Of a stretch of DNA of 64,000 nt, positions 1-9,761 are shown in pieces. The number at the start of each line of letters is the position of its first letter. Position 1 is the stretch's first letter. The position numbers and the translations under genes are program-made. The notes below the pieces were generated by a model, which saw only the letters and a program-made list of their open reading frames with translations, had not been told where the DNA came from and did no database searches. The stretch lies in assembly GCF_964204865.1 (NCBI RefSeq), contig NC_135262.1:9858001-9922000 (forward strand), given 5' to 3'. The stretch is from Styela clava (taxonomy: Eukaryota).

Positions 1-209
1 CCTCGCTTATTTCCATTCAGAAGCATTTCAGTGAGAACAAAAGCAAAAGCTGAACAAGTGTTTGAAATGATTAGAGTCACTATTCCACAAAGTTTTGCAA
101 CTTTTCTGTGAGCTGTAACATTAATAGGCTTCCATACGTAGATTTGAAACAACCCCAAACATATTGGAAACACCAGAATTCCAGCCAAAGTAGCCAAAAT
201 CAAATCCAT
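1..209 (-). CDS. 5' part of an uncharacterised small membrane protein (runs off the left edge)
   Basis: ATG at 209; open to position 1: MDLILATLAGILVFPICLGLFQIYVWKPINVTAHRKVAKLCGIVTLIISNTCSAFAFVLTEMLLNGNKR. Two hydrophobic segments. T-rich acceptor-like site (ttttttttactgttag) about 70 nt upstream. Absent from the ORF track because there is no stop in the window. Confidence 0.5.
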   Translation of the reverse strand, partial: MDLILATLAGILVFPICLGLFQIYVWKPINVTAHRKVAKLCGIVTLIISNTCSAFAFVLTEMLLNGNKR

Positions 210-609
210 CTGAAGCTTTCACATCAATCGATTGCTGCATTCAATTTTATATGTTAATCTCACTAATTTAATAATCTAACAGTAAAAAAAATGTGAAACG
301 TTATAGAAATAGATAAGGCATAAATCAAACATAAAACCAGGAACGTGCACTAACAAAATGAAATCTCCGAATGATAGAAAAACAATGCTGTGCACAAAAT
401 TACTGGCAATGAAAAGCAAAATCCACTTATAATTGTTCATCATGATTGATTGAGTGGGTCAGGCATAAAATGTTACAATCGAAACATAAATTTTGAAAAT
501 ATAATCATATGAAAACAAAATACAATGTTTATACTCAATTCACTACATGATCAATCAGGAATCCACAATGAGAGATACAATTGTCTAGAAATCTGAACTT
601 TAGGCTTAG

Positions 610-755
610 TAGTCTGTATTGTGCTAAGCGTTGGTCGCTTGTCATCGCACCTCTGATTACCACAAAAACCTGTGGGATACAATTATGTACAAGAGAATTT
701 CTGGACTCCTCACCGTTGCAGGATAATTCACGTAAATCAGGTTGGTCACAGCTAG
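610..755 (+). mobile_element. Degenerate fragment of tRNA-derived SINE family A
   Basis: gtgctaagcgttgg...cgcacctctgattac...ctggactcctcaccgt...ttcacgtaa matches the copies at 8501 and 29833. Confidence 0.65.
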
Positions 756-1590
756 ATTGAAGCATTATAACTAGGCAGAAAATTCACCAAAACAACATGA
801 TAACAAAAAAAAATTAAAAATCAGATGAAATCACAAAATTGAGTTAAATGCCATTTCTGAGGAATTGTATATCGATCATAGTGACCTTGGGACGGGTCTT
901 TTATTTTTTTTTATTGTAATAAGTAAATACGTTTCCTACTTTTGAATTAAACGACATGCTTGCCAAATTGAAATCATATAGTAATAGTGAATGAATCTCT
1001 TAAATCACACAAAGGCGTGGATTTGAATCAAATAAAATAATTTATGTGTAAGGGGATTACTCGACTCTCGAGTTAAAGTCTGACCGAGTAAATTCAGTGA
1101 ACCAGTGAACATCAAAAAAATATTCAATGTAGAACAGAAATAGCCAAAACAATTTACTATTACAAATGAATTCTGAAAAAATATTGGATGGTATATGAAA
1201 TATCAAACACATTCTCAATTTAGACATCAATTACTAATAAGTTAATGTTCATCAAATTGAAATTTGTTTATATAGAAAAGGAACAGAATTCTATGATACC
1301 CTAATGACATTTTGGTTTTTAAATTCTCAAGATTGAAAATTTTGAAATTTAACTATGGTATACAAAATTTTACTAAGAATAAAAATACACCATATTAAAT
1401 ATATTTAATTTAGAATGTATTCCAATATTCAATTTGTGCGTGGCCCCTTGGTCAAAGCTGAAAAAATTCCAGTTCTTTCAAAATAAAGTAGTTTCATACA
1501 TATCAGTGACTTTGTATATAAAAAAAGAATTGTTCTGAAAATCTTTGCTTCCAGACATAAAATTTTGTAAAATTCCTGACAAAAATTCAA

Positions 1591-4500
1591 CTATTTGTGA
1601 AGATTACTATTAATAGAATTGCACCATTTACTTAAAATAATTAAACCGTCCTGTGTTGCTTCATAATACGTAGTAATATTAGGTTTTGACAGAGCACCAA
1701 AAAGTTTCTTCGGGCCAGGGGTTTCGATGATATGTTTGGTAATACATCCAGTTTTGCACAAAATTTCCAAAAGTTGAAGAATGCAAATTGGTTGAAAACT
1801 GTATGATGCACATAAATGCTGTTGGGTTATCCCAGGTGAGGCAAAGATTTTCAGATATACGCTGAATAATATTGCCTTCGCATTATTGAAACTCACATCT
1901 CCACCTATTGTGTGCCATGGTCGACATAAAAACTTCACCTCCTGATATTTCTTTTTTATTTCAGTGTTTACGGATTGTGTTAAATTGATGTTACGTTGTT
2001 CATCTTCATTCGTTTTCATCGGTACTTTTTCATTTTGATGTAAAAGTTCGATTTCGTGACTAATTTCGTCATGGAATTTGGTACTCCTGTCGCAGAAACG
2101 AAAGCCTTTTGCAGTCCATATTTGTACATGATTGTACGTAACATATCTTGCTTCTTTCACACCAACAATAAAAACAACATTATTGGCTTTCATAATATTT
2201 AAAGCCTCTTCGATAGCTGTATTGTCATGCAAATCCGCTAGTGCTAAAATTTCAGGTCCTGTGATTCCAAGTTGTTCGGTGTTGTTAATAATTTGAAATA
2301 TAAGTTTGAATATGGCTCTCTGTCCACCAACAGATTTTTGTAGCATTATCCAATTACTGTTACTCTCTGTATGTTGTAGTTTCACACTTTCCATTCCTCT
2401 TGTTATTCTCTGAGCAAGTAAGTCTAAATCCTTTTCTCCGTTGGTGCCCTTAAGTCTTGCTACCTTAGCATAATTCGACAGCAAATTTTGACTGTCTTCA
2501 ACTGTGACAGTACATGGATTTAAAACAACAGAGTCTGAGTTACAAGAATAATTTAAGTTCGTAAACTTTGCATCTGATACTTCACCACGGCGACTTGGAT
2601 TGATTAGCATTAACCAATTGGTGTACGATGGATGTCGATAATACAACCGTAATACTTTTTCGAGTTTAGTCTTTGAGTTGGATGGATCGTTATTATCTCT
2701 CAAAGTTTTCGAATTGTCTTCTAATATGGAATTAGAATCTGCAACAGAAGAACTTGTGGTTGTTGGTGGCAGCATACAAGCTGCGGCTGCAATGAGACTT
2801 TCGGGAGGGGCAGAATCATCTTTGGAATTTGATGATAACATACTACTTGCTTCATTAAAAATTTCATCCTTGCTTTCTTTGATTATTGCTAGGAATTGAT
2901 TCTCGAAAACAGGCATGTTCGGAGCATCAGGAATAATAATTTGGTCAGGCATGTCAATTTTCATCTGTAAATCTCCTTTTGACAATAAATATGAAATTAA
3001 GAAAATGTGTCCCACGTTGGCAGCTGAATCAATTTTCATATCAGATGTCTGAACAATGGAATGTGATAAATCTTCTAGTGCTTCTTGGGGTACAACTGCT
3101 TTGAAAGTTTGTATATAGGCTTGTGCCAAGCGATGTGAGCGTATTCCAAAAGGTAATCGTCGAAGCATTTCTTGTTTAGCACAAACGAAGCCACTTGTTT
3201 GCATGAGTGTGAATACTTTACTCAAAATATCTTCAGGGAATGACTCAAATGCCCTGTACGCTTGATAAACGCTGAATTCTTCCTCGCCCATTTGTAATGC
3301 AACGTAAGTCATATTTTCTATTACAGCGTGTGTAATATCAGCGTTACCTCTCACATGATCCAAAAAGAGATTCCTTTTTATTTGAATGTCTTCGCTTTTA
3401 CGTAGAATAGTTTTCGGAATATATCGTTTCAATAACTCAGAAACAGAATTGGGAATTTGAAGACTAAATATTCCAGGTTGCGACTTGAATCTTACTTGTA
3501 GAAGCTGAACAATTTGTGAATATACTTCACGTAAAGCAGCGGCAGTTTCTTGCGTATCCAAGTCACCAGATGGTATTTTGAACTGTTTTATAAACTTCCT
3601 ATCACTTTCAATATCAGCAACAGATATATCATGGCATATTCTAGTTTCTGGATTTCTCATAATGTTTAGAGTACGACGTCCAACAGAATAAGAAGTTTTA
3701 TCGAGTGACTCTGGAAGGTGACGTTGAGAGATATCGCGAATTACGGACCACGGCGTCAAACATTTTCTCGGCCCGTGTTGCTTCTTCCAGAATAAGTGCG
3801 TCAGAACTGTGGTTGCAATGTGGCAAATTAACAGCATTGAATCTTCTGCTGGAGTGAAATTGACACGTAATCTGCCTTTTCGTTCTTTTATTGCTTCCAA
3901 ATCCTTCCCATCAACGTATTTGTATTTTTGTCTGCCTTTTTTAACTGTTTCAGGCTTTTTTCTGCCCCTTCTCCTTACCTGCATTCTCAGTTTTTTCATT
4001 GGAATTTCCAATTCAACGGATTGCTTTTTCCTTTTTCTTCCACGCCCTCCCTTCACACGTTCGTTTCGTCCAACATTATTTACGGTAACAAGTTGAGGTT
4101 CTGATGTATTTTTATTTTTACCAGCTGATTTTGTAGCTTTATGTGATTTCTTAGTCTTTGCTTTAGTGCTTTCCGCAATATTAGAACTATCTGTTAACAT
4201 GCTCGAATCACTGTTCTGATCCAAAGTAAAAGAAATATCAGTTTCATCTTGAGACTCGACCACTTTCTTTCTTTTTGGTGTAAGAGAATAACTTTTCTCT
4301 CGTAATTTAGGCAAACGTAAATGTGAAATGCCAGCTTTTCGTTCCATTGCTTCCATATGTGGTTTTGATCTCCAATTTCTGTATAAATAACTATACATAC
4401 TAGAATCTAATCCTCCTGCACCTCGATTATCACCGGGAATCGTTGAATCATCAGCAGGCTTGGGTTGATGCTGAGTGATGAAAGTTATGTATTTTTTCAA

Positions 4501-7350
4501 TTCTGCCGTCCCTAAGTGATCTTTGATGTCGTCATAATCTGATTCTTGGAATTGTGTAAAACCTAGGTTAGTCTGCACGCAAATATCTTGTAATTGAAAC
4601 CAAAATTCTTCTACATTTACAAACTCGTTTAAAACAATATTAATTTTCTCATAATCCTTGTTTTCTACTTTAACATGTTGTTGTCCAGATGACCTAGTAT
4701 CCAAAATGGAGACGTTTTTGTGCACGTATATTAACATATTTTCTTTCGGCATATTTACATTTGTGCCTGACCTACCCCGACGCATTGTTATTAAACCCAT
4801 GAATGTAAGTTGCTCAATGCAAAGCATAAGAGAAAACATGTATTTTCTTTTGTAAAAAAGCAACGAACGTATATCTTGCGGAAGATGTCTTACAAGTGTA
4901 TGGCGTTTTTCTTCATCAGCTAACCATTCGTCAATATTTTGGACCTCATAATTTATCCGATGAAACTGACAAAATATAGACAACGGTAAAATGGTAGCTA
5001 CGTCACCGAGTTGCAACCATTTTACACCATCATGGGTATGAACTGGTACTGGGGGCAAAAATCGTTTCCAACTAATTTCTTTGCAATATGTACGAAATGC
5101 ATCAGGGTCCTGAATTCCCATTTCAGGTGACCAGTCTATTATGTCAGGATGGCCGTATAATAAATACCAAAGTATTTCATGCACAACACGTACTCTTTTG
5201 AACTTCGGTTGAAAAAATTGCCTGGTCATTACATTTCCCATATTTAATACTGACATTGTGTCCATACCATATCCAAAATCTTTGTCCTTTGTATTTCTTC
5301 CTTTCGCTTTTACTACTTCTTTATTTTGTTGTTGCTTTTCTCGAGCAAATCGATTTTCTTCATCACCCAGTAGTTTAAATCTTGCTTGATCAACAGCAGA
5401 TTTCAATAAATTCACTGGACAATCCAGAGCCATGATAAAATGAAAATTTTCAGTTCGACAATTGTGTGTAATCGGTATTACACTGTGTTGTATAATACCG
5501 TCTTGATTCATTCTTTCCACAAGCCTCATTACCGTCTTTTTATCAATTTTAGTCGTACATCCTTCCTCCTCTTCAAATTTAGCTAACGCTTTTTGTAAAT
5601 CGCGGAATCCTTCTATTATTTTTTCATCGTTGAGAAGTTCTAGAACGTTATTATGTCTTTTTAATTTTCGAGCTGTAAGATGTGCATGCCATTTTCTCCT
5701 ATGTTGATGGCTGGGAGTTAATAAACGATTTTGAATTAAACTATCAAAGATATTCACTCTACTGGGAGACTCTAAAACGGAGCTTGAATTACTTTGAATA
5801 ACTTCATTTGAACCCTCATTAGGCAAGGTCATAATGGTTGTTTTTGTTTGCTGTAAACATTCTTTCGTATCGCCAGTTTCTTGTTGAAAAACATTTGTTG
5901 ATGTATTCATATTTGCATCACTTATATCCATGGTGCAATTCATACTTTCTTCAACGGAAGAATGGATAGCTGGAGTATGTTTATCTGAAGACATTACTGT
6001 TTCATCCAACAATCTTTGCATTTTTTCTTTTTCGTTAGAAAATTCTAGATTTTTGTAATTAACAAGAGCTTGATGTTTCGGATAAAATGTTTGTACTCTC
6101 TGTTTTCCTTGATCAACCAGTACGCCACTTACAAGATCCATACGATTAAATGTTTTGCATAAATTACGAGCTTCAAGTCTGCCGTAACCTTTTAAAAATT
6201 CAAGTATTTTTCGTTGAGTTACACCTTCTTCTCCATTATCAAGGACATACATATAGCCTTGATAGATGAAAGGCTGTTCCAAAACTAAAGGCCTAATTGA
6301 AGACTTAGAATCTGATGCAAATATTTTTAAAATATCCTCTTCGTCATCATCTTCTGTGATTGCTTCACAAGGTTTATTTAGCAATGTTAATTTCAATTCA
6401 GTTATGGTTCTTTTCTTTGCTGTTGGGTTAACTGATTCAACAATACCCTCGCCAGATTTGACAAGGTTTTTATACAAAGTTTTGAAAGGGCGAGGTTCAA
6501 CTTGCAAACGATCACGAAGTTCTGACAAAATAATAGATTTATCAGGAAATCCATTCACAATTTCACGAATTTTGTCGAGCATTCTCATATTAAAGTCACG
6601 ACAATCACGTTCAAATCTTGGTGAATGAATCAAAACCTGAAAAAACGTTCTGTTACCCATATCTGCACGTTTATATGTTCGATTATTTTTAATAACAAGA
6701 CCAAGTTTAGAAAGACTGTTTATAACATAGTGAATATGACTGATTCCTTTTTCCTTAAAATTCAATTTGTTTAGTGCAGACTGAAGCTCCCCTTGATATC
6801 TCGATCGACAAATTCGTTCAAGTACACAGTATGCAACATCAGTGAGTCCCGATAAAACGGTAGGGTTGTTATTTTTATGCAGCATCGCTTTATTTCTCAA
6901 TGCTTGAGATGCAGCAATAACCAATTTCCTAGCTCCAAACTGGCCGAGAGTCGCATCAAGACCGGATCGTGCAATAGCAATGATATGTGAAATATTTATT
7001 CTTTCGTTATAGTCAGAGCATGATCCTCTAACTTCAGCGTCCATAACCGCTGCTGTGCTGTAGACGTCAACTAAGGTTTCCAATTCATCAGGAGCTGTAG
7101 CAGCTGGAATTGAACTTGAGCCTAGATTCTCAAATCTGTTGAAAATCGTAGGTTCACTGCGATCTTCGAGTATCTGATAACATTCCAATGATTCGTGTTG
7201 AACAATGAAATTCCATAAATATTCCTTTACACAATTATTTAGTTTGATCGGTAAATTGCGATTTTCTAGGCGAAGCCATAATGCAGGAAGAGTAATTCCA
7301 TCCAGACCTTCTAATGCTATTTCATCAAGGCAAATTTCTTTGATATCCAT
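1591..7350 (-). CDS. GTF3C1: General transcription factor IIIC subunit 1 (B-box-binding subunit), single coding exon, 1919 aa
   Basis: N-terminus LDEIALEGLDGITLPALWLRL; B-block-binding region YCVLERICRSRYQGELQ; conserved blocks KIDKKTVMRLV, PGDNRGAGGLDSS, RVNFTPAEDSMLLIC and C-terminal RPWHTIGG, typical of TFIIIC220/GTF3C1. Confidence 0.95.
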   Translation of the reverse strand: MDIKEICLDEIALEGLDGITLPALWLRLENRNLPIKLNNCVKEYLWNFIVQHESLECYQILEDRSEPTIFNRFENLGSSSIPAATAPDELETLVDVYSTAAVMDAEVRGSCSDYNERINISHIIAIARSGLDATLGQFGARKLVIAASQALRNKAMLHKNNNPTVLSGLTDVAYCVLERICRSRYQGELQSALNKLNFKEKGISHIHYVINSLSKLGLVIKNNRTYKRADMGNRTFFQVLIHSPRFERDCRDFNMRMLDKIREIVNGFPDKSIILSELRDRLQVEPRPFKTLYKNLVKSGEGIVESVNPTAKKRTITELKLTLLNKPCEAITEDDDEEDILKIFASDSKSSIRPLVLEQPFIYQGYMYVLDNGEEGVTQRKILEFLKGYGRLEARNLCKTFNRMDLVSGVLVDQGKQRVQTFYPKHQALVNYKNLEFSNEKEKMQRLLDETVMSSDKHTPAIHSSVEESMNCTMDISDANMNTSTNVFQQETGDTKECLQQTKTTIMTLPNEGSNEVIQSNSSSVLESPSRVNIFDSLIQNRLLTPSHQHRRKWHAHLTARKLKRHNNVLELLNDEKIIEGFRDLQKALAKFEEEEGCTTKIDKKTVMRLVERMNQDGIIQHSVIPITHNCRTENFHFIMALDCPVNLLKSAVDQARFKLLGDEENRFAREKQQQNKEVVKAKGRNTKDKDFGYGMDTMSVLNMGNVMTRQFFQPKFKRVRVVHEILWYLLYGHPDIIDWSPEMGIQDPDAFRTYCKEISWKRFLPPVPVHTHDGVKWLQLGDVATILPLSIFCQFHRINYEVQNIDEWLADEEKRHTLVRHLPQDIRSLLFYKRKYMFSLMLCIEQLTFMGLITMRRGRSGTNVNMPKENMLIYVHKNVSILDTRSSGQQHVKVENKDYEKINIVLNEFVNVEEFWFQLQDICVQTNLGFTQFQESDYDDIKDHLGTAELKKYITFITQHQPKPADDSTIPGDNRGAGGLDSSMYSYLYRNWRSKPHMEAMERKAGISHLRLPKLREKSYSLTPKRKKVVESQDETDISFTLDQNSDSSMLTDSSNIAESTKAKTKKSHKATKSAGKNKNTSEPQLVTVNNVGRNERVKGGRGRKRKKQSVELEIPMKKLRMQVRRRGRKKPETVKKGRQKYKYVDGKDLEAIKERKGRLRVNFTPAEDSMLLICHIATTVLTHLFWKKQHGPRKCLTPWSVIRDISQRHLPESLDKTSYSVGRRTLNIMRNPETRICHDISVADIESDRKFIKQFKIPSGDLDTQETAAALREVYSQIVQLLQVRFKSQPGIFSLQIPNSVSELLKRYIPKTILRKSEDIQIKRNLFLDHVRGNADITHAVIENMTYVALQMGEEEFSVYQAYRAFESFPEDILSKVFTLMQTSGFVCAKQEMLRRLPFGIRSHRLAQAYIQTFKAVVPQEALEDLSHSIVQTSDMKIDSAANVGHIFLISYLLSKGDLQMKIDMPDQIIIPDAPNMPVFENQFLAIIKESKDEIFNEASSMLSSNSKDDSAPPESLIAAAACMLPPTTTSSSVADSNSILEDNSKTLRDNNDPSNSKTKLEKVLRLYYRHPSYTNWLMLINPSRRGEVSDAKFTNLNYSCNSDSVVLNPCTVTVEDSQNLLSNYAKVARLKGTNGEKDLDLLAQRITRGMESVKLQHTESNSNWIMLQKSVGGQRAIFKLIFQIINNTEQLGITGPEILALADLHDNTAIEEALNIMKANNVVFIVGVKEARYVTYNHVQIWTAKGFRFCDRSTKFHDEISHEIELLHQNEKVPMKTNEDEQRNINLTQSVNTEIKKKYQEVKFLCRPWHTIGGDVSFNNAKAILFSVYLKIFASPGITQQHLCASYSFQPICILQLLEILCKTGCITKHIIETPGPKKLFGALSKPNITTYYEATQDGLIILSKWCNSINSNLHK

Positions 7351-8500
7351 TTTGTAGAATTTTTTATTAGTATTTTCTCTATTTTAACATCTTTATAGTA
7401 AAAACATTGCATAACAATATTTTCTGTTTTAAATATAGTAAAAATGATTCATGGAGTAAGTAACTCACACCATTACAAATTACAATATTTCTAAATTATA
7501 AAGTAAGTTAAAAACCTGTAATAGTAATTAGTAATGTAATATGATAACATAATATGGACTCATATTTTATGATTGATCCATGTACGGCCATAATTAAATT
7601 AAAAAGGTTGCTCCACAACTGTAGAATACATATTAGCACTAGTCGATATGGCGACAACCAAATATTGATTTAGTGGGTTTGTTTGTGAAAAAGCGACATC
7701 AAGTTTATTAGGCAAAAAATGAAAAATAATTGAAAATTTGAAGAGGAAGAAAATCTCAAAATTACATGCTTAACAAAAACATAAATCTGTAAATATTTAC
7801 CTCAAATTTTAAAGCAGTAAAATTAATCAATTCATCAATTTAGACATTTCAATAATTATTTATCTTACAATACAGCGATAGGCATATTTCCGTACTGAAA
7901 CCTTACTAATACGTTAATGGTACCGCACATTTTTTTTGGCAAATTGAATTCCAGAGCCAATTGATATGGAATTATTTATGGTAATTACATTTTTTCATGC
8001 CAATTTAGGTGTCAATTTTGGTTTTATTCATCGATTTTTTTGTTTTGTTTTGAAACCAATTGCATGTATTGAGTTTCTAATTAATTGTAAAAAAAATAAA
8101 ACAGTTGTGGACTATATTCAATTGATTATACATATGAAATCCAATGTTGATAATCCAGTATTCGTCATAGGCCTGTATCCATTTGTATTGAACATTGTAA
8201 ACAATCCATCATAGGCAAAGCATTATAGGCTAATGTAGATAAATAATTATTTATTTTTTTATATTAGCATGATAAAAGAAAAGATTTCAAAAAATTAGAC
8301 AGAAATTTCAAAAACCTATCATGCTACTAGTTTTTTCATTTTCTCTGTCTACGTTATACAAACATTTATATAGACAATCCTCCTAAATTAAGACAATCTA
8401 AATTTCTTTACTTTCAACTCATTATCGATTTTTGTAGTAAATCATCCACGATTTCATCAAGTATTACTCTTTGCCTTTCAAAATTAGTCATTAATCTAAA

Positions 8501-8828
8501 TACATTTATCCCGGGGGAGAGGAAAGCCGATAAGACGGCTTATCCATATGGCGAACCACGGCCTCTCGTCCGGTTACCATTCCAAGTCGGGTATGGGATT
8601 AGTTTTTACTGTATTGTTTGTTTTGGGAAGCATGGACTTGGTGGTGGAGAAAGCCGTAACCGACCAGCAGTTACGTGAACCACCCAACGACGGCGAGGAG
8701 TCCAGCAATCCTCTCGCACATAACCATCCCTGCATGGGATTCGAACCTGCGAACCCACGCAGAGTAGTTAGAGGTGCGGTGGCGAGTGTATTCCTAACGC
8801 TTAGCCCGTTGAGCCACTCTGCCGCGCC
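8501..8828 (-). mobile_element. Full-length tRNA-derived SINE family A
   Basis: Minus strand: A-box-like TGGCTCAACGGGC, B-box GGTTCGAATCCC, core GGTGGTTCACG...CGGCTTTCTCCACCA, tail GGGATAAATGTA. Multiple dispersed copies in the window. Confidence 0.85.
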
Positions 8829-9761
8829 TAATAACAAAAAATAACAAAATAAATGCATAGGGCCTACAGTGTTTTTTTCATTTTCATTACAAAATACACT
8901 TTTTTCATCATCAAACCAATATTTTAATATGTCACCTGTCAGCACTTATTTTCTTGGTAGATGAATTAGAGTTAATACGTGTAATAGGTCAGTACAGCAG
9001 TATTATGTGTACCGTACCGCGCATCTTTGTTTAACCATTGATGCATTGCATTTGTCAGTTCGTATAAGCGTGGTTGTTCACTATCTTACAAAACACTGTT
9101 TGTTTACGAAATCTGCAAATACAGAAATACAGACACACCTGCATACCTGTACCTAATACACACCACAAGTTTCTGAGTTTGGCGCCGCAGCACCAGGTAA
9201 ACGTTCAATGTTGATTTCTGATATTGTTAATCAGGCTTCCCGCTTTATTTCGGGACAAACTGATATCCGGTATGCGCGAGAATCTCTCAGAATTATTACG
9301 GTACCACACGGCGACCGTGTTATGCAACGTTCGAATCGGACTCATTTGTGCTTTGTGCCCACCTGTGTCCTTTATAGTCACTTTGCCTGTGTGTACATTT
9401 GCTATTTGTCTTGCGAGATAAATGTGAACAAATGTTTCCAAAACCCAACGTACTTTATTAGGCGAATGTCTTTTCAAGTAATCTTAGTTAAATTAGATTT
9501 GGATACCAAATGTTATTTTCGTCGATCTTGTGCGAAAAAAGTATTACAATCAAATGGTGATTAGCATCTCTACTGACTATTCTATTTATATGACATGGTA
9601 TGTTCTTCGAGAATTCGTGTATTGACTATGGTTATTTACTAACTGGATGTCCATTATTATTAATTTTTATAAGATAAAGCTCCGCTAAATATACGGTAAT
9701 TAGGAATTTCAGTATTTGCGTATATATTGCTTTCTGATAACCAAGCAATCAGGATTTCAAA

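Noticed and set aside
2678-6628. Plus-strand ORFs inside GTF3C1 (and antisense ORFs within GPR89 and eIF3b)
   Set aside because: Antisense shadows of real coding sequence with no independent motifs.
8660-8730. HDV-like ribozyme in the SINE core (GAC-TCCTCGCC-GTC resembles the HDV P3/L3)
   Set aside because: P3 pairing is broken in other copies (GAC/GCC at about 30030 and 46745), no proper P1 5' strand is present, and an alternative nested stem structure explains the region.
8735-8828. Genuine tRNA genes at the GGTTCGAATCCC sites
   Set aside because: A-B box spacing is irregular, no cloverleaf forms, and each is fused to the same SINE body.
8548-8945. Recurrent ORFs beginning MANHGLS (8548, 29777, 39235; related 535 and 55320) that look like a gene family
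   Set aside because: They are chance translations of SINE family A copies; frames and stops differ between copies.
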